A stretch of 64,000 bases of DNA from Candidatus Omnitrophota bacterium (GTDB lineage Bacteria; Omnitrophota; Gorgyraeia; Tantalellales; Tantalellaceae), in contig JAJRVD010000041.1 of the NCBI GenBank assembly GCA_024277375.1, positions 2,323 through 66,322 of the forward strand. Reading direction: 5' to 3'. Below, piece by piece: positions 41,794 through 51,369 of the stretch. The stretch's first letter is position 1; every line of letters starts with the position of its first letter. The position numbers and the translations under genes are program-made. The notes below the pieces were generated by a model. The model did not search any database and had not been told where the DNA came from. It saw nothing but the letters and a program-made list of their open reading frames with translations.

Positions 41794-42402
41794 ATGGCGA
41801 AAATACGATTAACTAAAAACGAACTTAAGAAGCAGAAAGACGCCCTGAAGAGATACCGGTTGTATCTTCCTACGTTGTTATTGAAAAAGCAACAGCTTCA
41901 GGCCGAGCTTTTGAAGACACATCACGCGATGGAAGAAATAAAGCGGAAGAGAGCTTTCCTTAAAGCGGAGACATTAGAGTGGGTAGATGTTTTCGCCGAA
42001 GAAACGGGAATAGAAAATCTCATAAAGATCGACCAGATCGTTACTACAGCAGGAAACATAGCGGGGATAGACATCCCGGTTTTTGATAAGGTTAGTTTCG
42101 TCGAAGAAGAGTATGACCTGGGGAAAACCGCGCTATGGGTGGATTATGGAATAGACGAAATGAAACAAGTGGTAACGTTGAACGCTAAAATGGAAACGCT
42201 CAAGCAACAGGAAGTCCTGATAAGAGAGGAACTCAGGATCACAACGCAAAGAGTAAATCTTTTTGAGAAGGTAATGATCCCCGAGGCGTGTGAGAACATA
42301 AGGAAGATACAGATCTATCTGGGCGACATGCAGACAGCGGCGGTTGTTACGGGAAAGATCGCCAAAGATAAAATACTTAAGAAGGAACAAAGTTTGGGAT
42401 AG
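41794..42402 (+). CDS. atpD: V/A-type ATP synthase subunit D
   Basis: 202 aa, central stalk, sequence MAKIRLTKNELKKQKDALKRY... Confidence 0.9.
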   Translation: MAKIRLTKNELKKQKDALKRYRLYLPTLLLKKQQLQAELLKTHHAMEEIKRKRAFLKAETLEWVDVFAEETGIENLIKIDQIVTTAGNIAGIDIPVFDKVSFVEEEYDLGKTALWVDYGIDEMKQVVTLNAKMETLKQQEVLIREELRITTQRVNLFEKVMIPEACENIRKIQIYLGDMQTAAVVTGKIAKDKILKKEQSLG

Positions 42403-42451
42403 CAAGTAGTAAGGGAAGGGAACGAAGTCGAAGGACCTAAAAGGTGAAATT

Positions 42452-44242
42452 ATGATCGAGAAGATGAAAAAGCTTACACTTCTGGTTTCCTGGAGAGACA
42501 CCGAAGGCTTTGTCGCCCGGCTTCGGGAAGTAGGCGTCGTGCACATAAAACATGTTAAAAAGCCCGCGCATCATGAGATAACCTTCATTGAGGATAAGTC
42601 TGCTAAGATCGACCACGCTATCTCTATTCTTGAGCCGTATGTTGCTCCGGGAGAGAAAAAGGAACGAAAATGTCAGAACGACAAGAAGACGCAAGAACAC
42701 GCGGACCTGGTAGCCGGATTTTTTAAGCAAAGGATCGAACTTGAAGCCCGCCAGCGTGACTTGGAAAGACATATAGAATGGTTTAAGCTCTGGGGCCGGT
42801 TCGATCCGGAGGATCTGGAGGCATTGAAACAAAAAGGTGTGCACATTAAGCTGTATAGACTTAAAAAAGAGGAATTTACCGGGATAAAAAAGGGCAAAAG
42901 TTTTTTTGTTATAAAAAAAGAAAAAGGGTTTGTTTATATAGCTACCGCGGCTTTGTCCGGCGAGGAAGGGATAGAGTTCTCTGAAATAGTTCCACCCCCC
43001 GAGGGCACCGGAAAAATGGAAGAGGAATTAACAAGCGTAAAATACAATATAGGAAAAATAGAGGATTTTTTCAAAGCGGAAGCTAAAAAAATAGTATTTT
43101 TAAAAGAATACAAAGAAAAACTTCTGGAAAAACATGAGTTCCTGAAGGTCAGGTTCGGGATGGCCGAAGAAGAAAAGTTTTCGTATCTTCAAGGCTTTTG
43201 TCCGGTAAGAGCTCTGAAAAAGATAACCTCTATGGCGAAAGAACGCGGGATCGGATATGTTGTCGAAGAACCGGATGATCCCGAGGAGACGCCGACGCTT
43301 ATTACCAATCCAAAATGGATCAGGATAGTGGAGCCTATTTTCAGTTTTATGAATACCTTGCCCGGGTATGAAGAGTTTGATATAAGTTTTGTTTTTCTGG
43401 CGTTTTTCGGATTATTCTTTTCTATGCTGATCGGGGACGCGGGGTACGGTCTGATTTTTCTCCTCGCGACATTTCTGGCCAGGCAGAAACTGAAAAAAGC
43501 ACCATCGGAGGTATTTTTCCTGATGTATGTTCTGAGTTTCGGGACCATAATCTGGGGAGCCGTCACAGGGACCTGGTTCGGAGCCGAACAAATAGCGCAA
43601 CTGCCCGTGTTCCGGGGGCTTATCGTTGAGAAGATAAGCAGCTTTGCCGGGAACAACCAGAATCTGATGATATACATATGTTTCGTTATAGGTGTTATAC
43701 ACCTGACCATAGCCCATCTTTTCATAGCCATAAAGGTGATAAATTCTTTGAAGGTCATCTCGGAGGTTGGCTGGATCATGATCCTGTGGGGAATGTTTTT
43801 TACCGCGGGTACGTTTGTTATAGGAAATGCGTTTCCGCCTCAGGCGGGGTGGCTTTTTATCGCGGGGATCGCGACGGTGCTTATATGCAGCCATCCGGAA
43901 AAAGGGATCTTAAAGGGAATATTAAGCACGATGGCGGATTTGCCGTTAAGCATTATCAGTTCTTTCTCCGACATTGTTTCTTATCTGAGGTTGTTCGCGG
44001 TCGGATATGCTTCGGTAGTTGTAGCGCAAAGCTTTAATAACATGGCCCTGAGCGGTGGACCCGTGGGTATTCTTGGGGGTATCGTCGCGGCGCTGATACT
44101 TTTTTTGGGGCACGCGTTGAATATTGTTTTAGGACTAATGGCCGTTGTGGTCCATGGCATAAGGCTGAATATGCTTGAATTCTCGGGACATCTGGGAATG
44201 CAGTGGAGCGGCAAGAAATACGAACCGTTTAAGGAGAAATAA
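42452..44242 (+). CDS. atpI: V/A-type ATP synthase subunit I (a subunit)
   Basis: 596 aa with a cytoplasmic N-domain and a multi-TM C-domain. Confidence 0.9.
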   Translation: MIEKMKKLTLLVSWRDTEGFVARLREVGVVHIKHVKKPAHHEITFIEDKSAKIDHAISILEPYVAPGEKKERKCQNDKKTQEHADLVAGFFKQRIELEARQRDLERHIEWFKLWGRFDPEDLEALKQKGVHIKLYRLKKEEFTGIKKGKSFFVIKKEKGFVYIATAALSGEEGIEFSEIVPPPEGTGKMEEELTSVKYNIGKIEDFFKAEAKKIVFLKEYKEKLLEKHEFLKVRFGMAEEEKFSYLQGFCPVRALKKITSMAKERGIGYVVEEPDDPEETPTLITNPKWIRIVEPIFSFMNTLPGYEEFDISFVFLAFFGLFFSMLIGDAGYGLIFLLATFLARQKLKKAPSEVFFLMYVLSFGTIIWGAVTGTWFGAEQIAQLPVFRGLIVEKISSFAGNNQNLMIYICFVIGVIHLTIAHLFIAIKVINSLKVISEVGWIMILWGMFFTAGTFVIGNAFPPQAGWLFIAGIATVLICSHPEKGILKGILSTMADLPLSIISSFSDIVSYLRLFAVGYASVVVAQSFNNMALSGGPVGILGGIVAALILFLGHALNIVLGLMAVVVHGIRLNMLEFSGHLGMQWSGKKYEPFKEK

Positions 44243-44285
44243 ATAGTTTTGGTAGCAATGCAAGTAACCGTAGGAGCGGCCTCTG

Positions 44286-44373
44286 GCCGCATACAATATA
44301 TTGTAGGGGTTCGATTTGTCGAACCCGATATAACGGGCTTGATGAATCAAGCCCCTACATTATGACACAGTCT
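44286..44373 (-). mobile_element. MITE-like repeat, copy 8, lacking one terminal inverted repeat
   Basis: CGCATACAATATATTGTAGGGGTTCGATTTGTCGAACCCGATATAACGGGCTTGATGAATCAAGCCCCTACATTATGACACAGTCTGG. Confidence 0.8.
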
Positions 44374-44432
44374 GGTTGAAAAAACAGCGTTTTGCATGAG
44401 TCTATAATTTATAACTGGATAAGGAGGTAAAT

Positions 44433-44870
44433 ATGGTTTCAGGATTAGGTGACATGGGGCTTTCGTTGACATTCGCGGCGATAGGGTCGGCTTTGGGTAC
44501 GGGCGCGGCGGGAATGGCCGCTATCGGGGCGTGGAAAAAGGCGTTTTTACAGAACAAGATGGCGCCGTTCATTCTTATCGCGTTTGTGGGAGCTCCTTTA
44601 TCTCAAACCATTTATGGCATGATATTGAGGAATGCGATACAAAGCGCGAATTTGCCGGCCGAAACGTATCCTTTTCAGATGGTTTTAGGTCTGGCTGCGG
44701 GGTTGGCCATGGGAGTATCGGCCTGGATGCAGGGAAAAGCGGGTGCTTCGGCGGCAGACGCGTTGGGTGAAACCGGTAAAGGGTTTGGTAACTATATTAT
44801 GGTTCTCGGGGTTATCGAGACAGTGGCCCTCTTTGTCATGGTATTCGCTATGACGGCGTTGCCAAAATAA
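44433..44870 (+). CDS. atpK: V/A-type ATP synthase proteolipid subunit K (c subunit)
   Basis: 145 aa with two helical hairpins, glycine-rich (AIGSALGTGAAGMAAIGA). Confidence 0.85.
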   Translation: MVSGLGDMGLSLTFAAIGSALGTGAAGMAAIGAWKKAFLQNKMAPFILIAFVGAPLSQTIYGMILRNAIQSANLPAETYPFQMVLGLAAGLAMGVSAWMQGKAGASAADALGETGKGFGNYIMVLGVIETVALFVMVFAMTALPK

Positions 44871-44942
44871 CAATAGAGAGAAAATAGTTGCAAATGACAG
44901 AAGGATTTTGTACAATATCCAACACTGTTAGGGCTATTGCGC

Positions 44943-45020
44943 GTCCCCATCGTCTAGCCCGGTCTAGGACACCAGATTTTCATTCTGGCGACAGGGGTTC
45001 GAATCCCCTTGGGGATGCCA
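44943..45020 (+). tRNA. tRNA-Glu (TTC)
   Basis: GTCCCCATCGTCTAGCCCGGTCTAGGACACCAGATTTTCATTCTGGCGACAGGGGTTCGAATCCCCTTGGGGATGCCA, with anticodon TTC. Confidence 0.9.
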
Positions 45021-45084
45021 ATTTTTGCGTATGAAAAAGGGCCTCTCCCGACGTATAATAAGGAGAGGCCCTTTTTGTTGAAGG

Positions 45085-45672
45085 TTGGGGCGCGTATTGC
45101 AAGGTGCCCCTATGATGACGAACAAGCGGGAAGCAAATATGGACGTTGAACAATTTTGGGAAAAAGCACAGGACAAGACTGAGGTTGTACGAGGTCGCGT
45201 AAAAGGGCTCGCGCCTTTTGCCGCGACAGAGGTGCCGTATATTTTTCTTGGTGAGTCTGTTGTGAATGAAGGGCATACTGTTGTCCGGAAGGGAAAGGTT
45301 ATAGTTGAAAGGCCGATAATAGTTCTGCCTGAAAACATGCCTCAATTTGAAGGGTTCGATTTTGAAGAAGAGATGGAAATTGAACAAGACGTTGTGCAGA
45401 TGTTCTTTTTGATGCGAGGCATAAGGTTCCCGTCGCTTAAATATAACAACACCGTAGAAGATCTTGATCTTGAAGAGGAGTCTCTCGCGAAGACCGCAAA
45501 AAAACAAAAAAAAATACTCGAAAGAGAAGAAAATGTACAGACAGCACTGATCCTTGGACCGGAAGACTGCTGGCAATTTTCCATTCTTCTCTATATGGCG
45601 TCTTTGATAGGTCGTTCAGCGCGAGCAGACATAATGAACTTGCTGGATGACAGATATAAAGGGACCCTATAA
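45085..45672 (+). CDS. Hypothetical protein
   Basis: 195-aa ORF ending 3 nt before glmS. No family recognised, and alternative internal starts are possible. Confidence 0.5.
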   Translation: MGRVLQGAPMMTNKREANMDVEQFWEKAQDKTEVVRGRVKGLAPFAATEVPYIFLGESVVNEGHTVVRKGKVIVERPIIVLPENMPQFEGFDFEEEMEIEQDVVQMFFLMRGIRFPSLKYNNTVEDLDLEEESLAKTAKKQKKILEREENVQTALILGPEDCWQFSILLYMASLIGRSARADIMNLLDDRYKGTL

Positions 45673-45675
45673 ACT

Positions 45676-47532
45676 ATGTGCGGCATTATAGGATACACAG
45701 GTAAAAAAGAAGTTTCGAAGATCCTCGTCAAAGGTCTATCCCGACTGGAATATCGCGGTTATGACTCAGCGGGCATTGCCGTTCTGGCAAAAGAAAAAAT
45801 ACGAATAAGAAAGAAAAAAGGAAAACTTTCCGTTCTTCGCGATGATCTGAAACGTGTCCCGATAGAAGGGCATGTTGGAATCGGTCACACCAGATGGGCG
45901 ACACATGGCGTACCGAATGACGTTAACGCGCATCCTCACGCGGACGGAGAACATTCGGTAGCTGTTGTTCATAACGGCATTATCGAGAACTACCGGGAGA
46001 TAAAAGAAAACCTTAAAAAGAAAGGGTACGACTTTCTTTCCGACACCGACAGTGAAGTGTTCGCTCATCTGATCTCCGACAATTATAACGGAGACCTGTG
46101 TGAGGCGGTAAAGACATCCATTAAAGAGATCAAGGGGTCTTATGCCATAGCCGCTATGCACAAGAACGAACCGGACAGGATAATAGGGGCAAGAATGGAT
46201 AGCCCGTTGGTGGTGGGTGTAGGAGAAGATGAAACTTTTCTGGCAAGCGATATTCCCGCTATTCTGGATTACACAAAAGATGTGATATATATTGAAAACG
46301 GCGACATTGTAGATCTTTCGGGAAACGTGTGTTCAATATATGATTCTGACGGTCAAAAAGTAGAGCGGGACATGGTGAAAATAAAGTGGGATATATCGCA
46401 AGCGGAAAAAGGCGGGTATAAACATTTTATGCTTAAAGAGATCTTCGAGCAGCCGAAAGTATTGCATGATATCTTTAAAGAAAGGATCATTGGCGATTCT
46501 GTCGCGTTCGAAGAGTTGGTTATCGACGAGGGAGTTCTTAAGGGGATAAAAAATATCGCGATAATCGCTTGCGGAACGGCGTATCACGCGGGTCTTACCG
46601 GAAAATATATACTCGAAAAACATACAAGAATTCCCGTCTGGGTCGACACCTCAAGCGAGTTCAGATATCGCGATCCGTTGGTCGGTGAAAATACGTTAGT
46701 TGTTGTTGTCTCGCAGTCCGGGGAAACCGCTGATACCCTCGCGGCGCTGAGGGAAGCAAAAAGCCGGGGCTCTAAAGTTCTCGCGATATGTAATGTTCTT
46801 GGCAGTTCTATCGCCAGGGAAGCGGACGGTGTTATTTATACACACGCCGGACCCGAAATAGCGGTCGCTTCCACTAAGGCGTATACGGCACAGCTTGCTA
46901 TATTGTATTTGTTCGCGTATTACCTTGCCGAGGTTCGGGGAGACTCGCAAGAGCACGACAAAAACTTCCTGAAAGAACTTAAAAAACTTCCAGCTAGCGC
47001 CGAAAAAATATTGCGACAGTATCACACCGACGAAAACATTCTTGAAAAATACGCCGGTGAATTTCATGAATATTACCTGGCGCGGAACAACAAAAGCTGT
47101 TTTCTTTATCTCGCGCGAAATGTAAATTATCCGAATGCTCTTGAGGGAGCGCTTAAGCTGAAAGAGATCTCATATGTAAGTGCCGAAGGTTACCCCGCGG
47201 GGGAAATGAAACACGGTCCGATCGCGCTTATTGACGAGAACCCCTGGGTTGTTTGTATCGCGGTAGAAGCAGACACTTATGAGAAAATGCTTTCGAATAT
47301 ACAGGAGATCAAGGCGCGCGGCGGACTTGTGATAGCGATAACAACAGAAGGCGATACTGAGATCAAGGGCATTGACGTTAATTACAATATAAGAGTGCCT
47401 CGGGTTCCCGAGATGTTTTCTCCGATCCTTGTAATCGTTCCTCTCCAGCTTTTGGCGTATTTCATAGCCGCGGAATTCGGCTATGACATAGACCAACCGC
47501 GCAATCTGGCTAAATCTGTAACGGTAGAATAA
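45676..47532 (+). CDS. glmS: Glutamine--fructose-6-phosphate aminotransferase
   Basis: 618 aa with the N-terminal MCGIIGY catalytic cysteine and two SIS domains. Confidence 0.97.
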   Translation: MCGIIGYTGKKEVSKILVKGLSRLEYRGYDSAGIAVLAKEKIRIRKKKGKLSVLRDDLKRVPIEGHVGIGHTRWATHGVPNDVNAHPHADGEHSVAVVHNGIIENYREIKENLKKKGYDFLSDTDSEVFAHLISDNYNGDLCEAVKTSIKEIKGSYAIAAMHKNEPDRIIGARMDSPLVVGVGEDETFLASDIPAILDYTKDVIYIENGDIVDLSGNVCSIYDSDGQKVERDMVKIKWDISQAEKGGYKHFMLKEIFEQPKVLHDIFKERIIGDSVAFEELVIDEGVLKGIKNIAIIACGTAYHAGLTGKYILEKHTRIPVWVDTSSEFRYRDPLVGENTLVVVVSQSGETADTLAALREAKSRGSKVLAICNVLGSSIAREADGVIYTHAGPEIAVASTKAYTAQLAILYLFAYYLAEVRGDSQEHDKNFLKELKKLPASAEKILRQYHTDENILEKYAGEFHEYYLARNNKSCFLYLARNVNYPNALEGALKLKEISYVSAEGYPAGEMKHGPIALIDENPWVVCIAVEADTYEKMLSNIQEIKARGGLVIAITTEGDTEIKGIDVNYNIRVPRVPEMFSPILVIVPLQLLAYFIAAEFGYDIDQPRNLAKSVTVE

Positions 47533-47615
47533 TTTGTCGTTCGTATCTCGTATTTCGTGGGTTTGGGCTAAACATTCGTCATTGCGAGGAACGAGATTGC
47601 TTCACCTGTCATTCA

Positions 47616-47731
47616 GGTTGTGTCATAACGTAGGGGCTTGATTTATCAAGCCCGTTATATCGGGTTCGATAAATCGAACCCGATATAATATGTTGTATGC
47701 AGTCCTTCACAAGGTGATTTGCGACACAGCC
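47616..47731 (+). mobile_element. MITE-like repeat, copy 9
   Basis: GTTGTGTCATAACGTAGGGGCTTGATTTATCAAGCCCGTTATATCGGGTTCGATAAATCGAACCCGATATAATATG...GCGACACAGCC. Confidence 0.85.
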
Positions 47732-47768
47732 GGAAGGATAGGGATGTCGTACAAGGGATAACGAAAAA

Positions 47769-48443
47769 ATGAAAGCAGGCACACTTTATATCGTAAGCAC
47801 TCCTATCGGCAACCTTGAAGACATAACGTTCAGGGCCGTACGCGTTCTGAAAGAAGTCGATCTCATCGCGGCCGAAGACACTCGGCGAGCAAAGATACTT
47901 TTGAATAATTACGGGATCTCGACACCTCTTACAAGTTATCATTCGTACAATCTAAAACTTAAAACTTCTCGACTTGTAGATAAACTCCGTGAAGGTAAAG
48001 ATATCGCGCTTGTTTCCGATTAGGGAACACCGGGGATATCCGATCCGGGAAGTGTTTTTGTGTCAGAGTGTATCTCTAATGATATTTCCGTCACAACGCT
48101 TCCGGGGCCGACAGCATTTGTCGCGGCACTGGTTTTATCCGGCATGCCGACACATAAAGTTGTTTTTGAGGGCTTTCTTTCTAACAAGAAGGCCAGGCGT
48201 CGTAAACAGCTGGAAAACTTAAAAAATGAAGATAGAACAGTTGTGTTATATGAATCTCCTCATAGATTGGTAAAATTTCTGCAGGATTTTCTGGATATCT
48301 ATGGAGACAGAGAGATCGCGATCGCCCGTGAGATCACCAAAAAGTTTGAAGAGGTCAGAAGAGCAAAGGCCGGTATACAACTTGAGTATTTTACGGACAA
48401 TAAGCCTCGAGGGGAATTTGTTATGGTATTTCAAAGCGATTAG
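47769..48443 (+). pseudogene. rsmI: 16S rRNA (cytidine1402-2'-O)-methyltransferase RsmI interrupted by an in-frame TAG at 48021-48023
   Basis: The ORFs 47769..48023 and 48060..48443 share one frame. The translation reads ...KDIALVSD*GTPGISDPGSVFVSE..., and the conserved RsmI motif ALVSDAGTPxISDPG spans the stop. Confidence 0.7.
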
Positions 48444-48580
48444 ACGTTAGTGTAATAGTAATCATTGACTTTTTATTGCTAATTGTTACAATATAGGGTG
48501 CGTCAGGACGATATAATTTATGGTAGGGGCACGGCATGCCGTGCCCCTACTTTAATATTTGATAAAATGGAAGGTGAAAA

Positions 48581-49078
48581 ATGAATAATCAAACGTTGAT
48601 ATTAATAAAACCGGATGGATTGACAAAATCTTTGACCGGGAACGTTCTGTCGCGTCTTTCAGAGACGAAACTGGACATTGTGGGCGCGCGCATGGTGCAG
48701 GTTTCCCGCGAACTCGCCGAGGAGCATTACAGGGAACTAAAGGATAAGCCTTTTTTTGATGACCTGGTAAAGTACATAATGGGCGAGTATCATAAGAAAA
48801 AGGTAATGGCTCTTGTGTATTACGGGGAAAACGCGATCAGCAAAGTAAGGGAAATATGCGGGAAAACCAATCCAGAAGAAGCGGATTCCGTCTCGATAAG
48901 GGGTGCTTATGGAAGGATAACCACCGCGGGCGTTTATGAGAACGTCATGCATGCTTCGGCTAACCCCCAAGACGCTGAACGCGAAATTAAACTGTGGTTC
49001 ACCCCGGATGAAATCATAGCGGACATTTATTCTACGATTGAAGTCGAAGAACAAACAAAAACACTTAAATGGCAATAA
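48581..49078 (+). CDS. ndk: Nucleoside diphosphate kinase
   Basis: 165 aa with the motifs LILIKPDG and NVMHASANPQDAEREIKLWF. Confidence 0.93.
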   Translation: MNNQTLILIKPDGLTKSLTGNVLSRLSETKLDIVGARMVQVSRELAEEHYRELKDKPFFDDLVKYIMGEYHKKKVMALVYYGENAISKVREICGKTNPEEADSVSIRGAYGRITTAGVYENVMHASANPQDAEREIKLWFTPDEIIADIYSTIEVEEQTKTLKWQ

Positions 49079-49109
49079 CCCATTTAATACAAGAAAAAAC
49101 GGAATTATT

Positions 49110-49994
49110 ATGATCAGATCAATGACGGGGTTCGGCAAAGGTACCTCAAAAGGAAAAGCAGGTGATATTACCGCGGAGATAAAAACGCTTAACCATAAAA
49201 GTCTGGGCATTTCCTGTACGCCGTTTAATGATTTTTTTCTTCTGGATGAAAAAGTGGCAAAGGTGCTTGGCAAAAAGATATTCAGAGGAAAGGTGTTCGT
49301 AAAGATATCGAGAGAGAGCGCGGCAGGCCAGAAAAGCGTGCAGAAAATAACGGTTAATGAAGACAAAGCCGCGAAATATCTCGCTAAAATAAAAAAGATC
49401 CAAAAAAAACTTGGCGTTAAAGGCGAGATCCGGATACAAGACATAATAAACTTCCCCGGGATCGTAGAGGTCAAGGTCGAGAAGAAAAAAGAAAACCTGT
49501 GGCCCGATATAAATAAAGCGCTCAATAAGGCGCTCATTCAGCTGATGGAGTACAGATCCAAAGAAGGCGTACGTCTGGCGAAAGATTTTAATAAGCGTTT
49601 GATCACGATCAAGAAAAATCTTGTAACGGTGAAAAAAGCTGAAAAACAATGTGTTAGTGAATATCGCAAAAAATTAACGGCATCCATCAGAGAGATGGCC
49701 ATAAAGCCTGACATTGACAAGGGAAAGCTCGAGACAGAAGTCGCTCTTTTCGCGCGGAACTGTGATATAGCTGAAGAGGTAACCCGCCTGGAGAGCAATA
49801 TAACGGCTTATAAAGATACTATGAAAAATAAGGAAACTTACGCGGGGAAGAAGCTGGATTTTATAGCTCAGGAAATGCAGAGAGAAGTGAATACGATAGG
49901 GGCAAAGTCCAGCGATCATAGGATATCCAAAGCTGTGATCGAGATGAAAAGCGAGATCGAAAAGATCCGCGAACAAATTAAAAACATAGAATAA
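49110..49994 (+). CDS. yicC: YicC-family stress-induced protein
   Basis: MIRSMTGFGKG... is the canonical YicC N-terminus. The ORF-track start at 49038 overlaps ndk. Confidence 0.85.
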   Translation: MIRSMTGFGKGTSKGKAGDITAEIKTLNHKSLGISCTPFNDFFLLDEKVAKVLGKKIFRGKVFVKISRESAAGQKSVQKITVNEDKAAKYLAKIKKIQKKLGVKGEIRIQDIINFPGIVEVKVEKKKENLWPDINKALNKALIQLMEYRSKEGVRLAKDFNKRLITIKKNLVTVKKAEKQCVSEYRKKLTASIREMAIKPDIDKGKLETEVALFARNCDIAEEVTRLESNITAYKDTMKNKETYAGKKLDFIAQEMQREVNTIGAKSSDHRISKAVIEMKSEIEKIREQIKNIE

Positions 49995-50003
49995 GCCGGA
50001 AAC

Positions 50004-50606
50004 ATGATGAGAGAAAGAAAACCACTTATGATCGTTGTTTCCGCGCCTTCAGGAGGAGGGAAGACAACGATAGTTGAGAGTCTTCTGAGGAAGGTATCGG
50101 ACATAACGCGTTCTGTCTCCGTTACTACCAGGGCTCCTCGTCCAGGCGAAAAAGATAAAGAAGATTATATCTTTGTCTCCGGTGAAGAGTTTAAGAAAAG
50201 AATCGAAGAGGGTGACTTTCTTGAGTGGGAAGAGAACTTTGAAAATTACTACGGTACTTCCGAAACACAAATAAAAGAGGCGTTGTCTTGCGGTAAAGAT
50301 GTTGTATTGTGCATAGACGTCAAAGGCGCGAGAACAGTTAAAGAAAAGTTCCCGGAAAGCCTCAGCGTATTCATAATGCCGCCATCGATAGAAGAGCTGA
50401 AAGATAGGCTGGAAAAAAGAGACGCGGATCATCCCGAGCAGGTAGCCTTGCGATTGGAAGAGGCAAAAAAAGAAATAGAAGCCGCTGACGAATATGATTA
50501 TATGGTTGTGAACGAAGAACTGGAAAAGGCGGAGAAAGAACTTGTGGCAATTGTAGAGAGCGCGAGAAGAAATAGCATAACAAGCGAACAAAAAAACGAG
50601 GCATAA
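50004..50606 (+). CDS. gmk: Guanylate kinase
   Basis: P-loop SAPSGGGKTT, 200 aa. Confidence 0.93.
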   Translation: MMRERKPLMIVVSAPSGGGKTTIVESLLRKVSDITRSVSVTTRAPRPGEKDKEDYIFVSGEEFKKRIEEGDFLEWEENFENYYGTSETQIKEALSCGKDVVLCIDVKGARTVKEKFPESLSVFIMPPSIEELKDRLEKRDADHPEQVALRLEEAKKEIEAADEYDYMVVNEELEKAEKELVAIVESARRNSITSEQKNEA

Positions 50607-50797
50607 TGGAACAAATGGCACGCGATGAATTGTTGAAGAAAGTGGGGAGTGTTTACAAGTTATGTAACCTGGCGGCAATGAGAGCTATGGAGCTTAATTC
50701 CGGCATGAAGAGGTTGACGGATTCATTCCCGAACGAGAAGGTTACAACTATAGCCCTGAGAGAGATAGCGGAAGATAAAGTTTCACTGCAAAAATAG
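50606..50797 (+). CDS. rpoZ: DNA-directed RNA polymerase subunit omega
   Basis: 63 aa. It shows the gmk-rpoZ synteny and a TAATG overlap with the gmk stop. Confidence 0.85.
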   Translation: MEQMARDELLKKVGSVYKLCNLAAMRAMELNSGMKRLTDSFPNEKVTTIALREIAEDKVSLQK

Positions 50798-50814
50798 GCT
50801 TAGGATAAATTCTA

Positions 50815-51354
50815 ATGGCAAAGAGCATACTCCTGGGAGTAACCGGAAGCATCGCCGGCTATAAGGCGTGTGACCTGGTAAATATCTTCCGAAAAAAAGG
50901 ATATTCCGTCCGCTGTGTGATGTCCCGTGACGCGAAGTGGTTCATTACACCTCTTACCCTTGAGACGTTGACGGGGAAGAAAGTGATCAAAAAGATGTTC
51001 CCCCTCCAGGAAGAAAGAGACCCTGTACATATATCTCTCGCTGACGAAGCGGATCTCATACTGATCGCTCCGGCAACGGCCGATATTATCAGTAAGATCG
51101 CCGGCGGGATATGCGACGAAATATTAACTTGTACGGTATGTGCCGCGACGAGTCCGGTGCTTATCGCGCCCGCTATGAATGACAGGATGTTTAACAATCC
51201 CATAATACAGGACAACATAAAGTATTTAAGAGATAAAGGATACCACTTTATTGATCCTGTTAGGGGACATCTCGCGTGTGGTTATGAAGGTGTCGGACAC
51301 CTTGCTCCCGTAGAAAAAATTGTCGACGAAGCCGAAAAGATACTAAAGGCCTAA
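50815..51354 (+). CDS. coaC: Phosphopantothenoylcysteine decarboxylase (CoaC flavoprotein half of CoaBC)
   Basis: ILLGVTGSIAGYKA flavin-binding N-terminus, 179 aa. Confidence 0.85.
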   Translation: MAKSILLGVTGSIAGYKACDLVNIFRKKGYSVRCVMSRDAKWFITPLTLETLTGKKVIKKMFPLQEERDPVHISLADEADLILIAPATADIISKIAGGICDEILTCTVCAATSPVLIAPAMNDRMFNNPIIQDNIKYLRDKGYHFIDPVRGHLACGYEGVGHLAPVEKIVDEAEKILKA

Positions 51355-51369
51355 CCTTTTTTCCCTAAA

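Noticed and set aside
45600-45680. Possible glmS ribozyme upstream of glmS
   Set aside because: glmS starts 3 nt after the preceding ORF's stop, leaving no room for the ~150-nt ribozyme, and no conserved ribozyme core was seen.
48737-49537. 266-aa minus-strand ORF
   Set aside because: It is antisense to the well-supported ndk and yicC genes and gives a hydrophobic, low-complexity translation.
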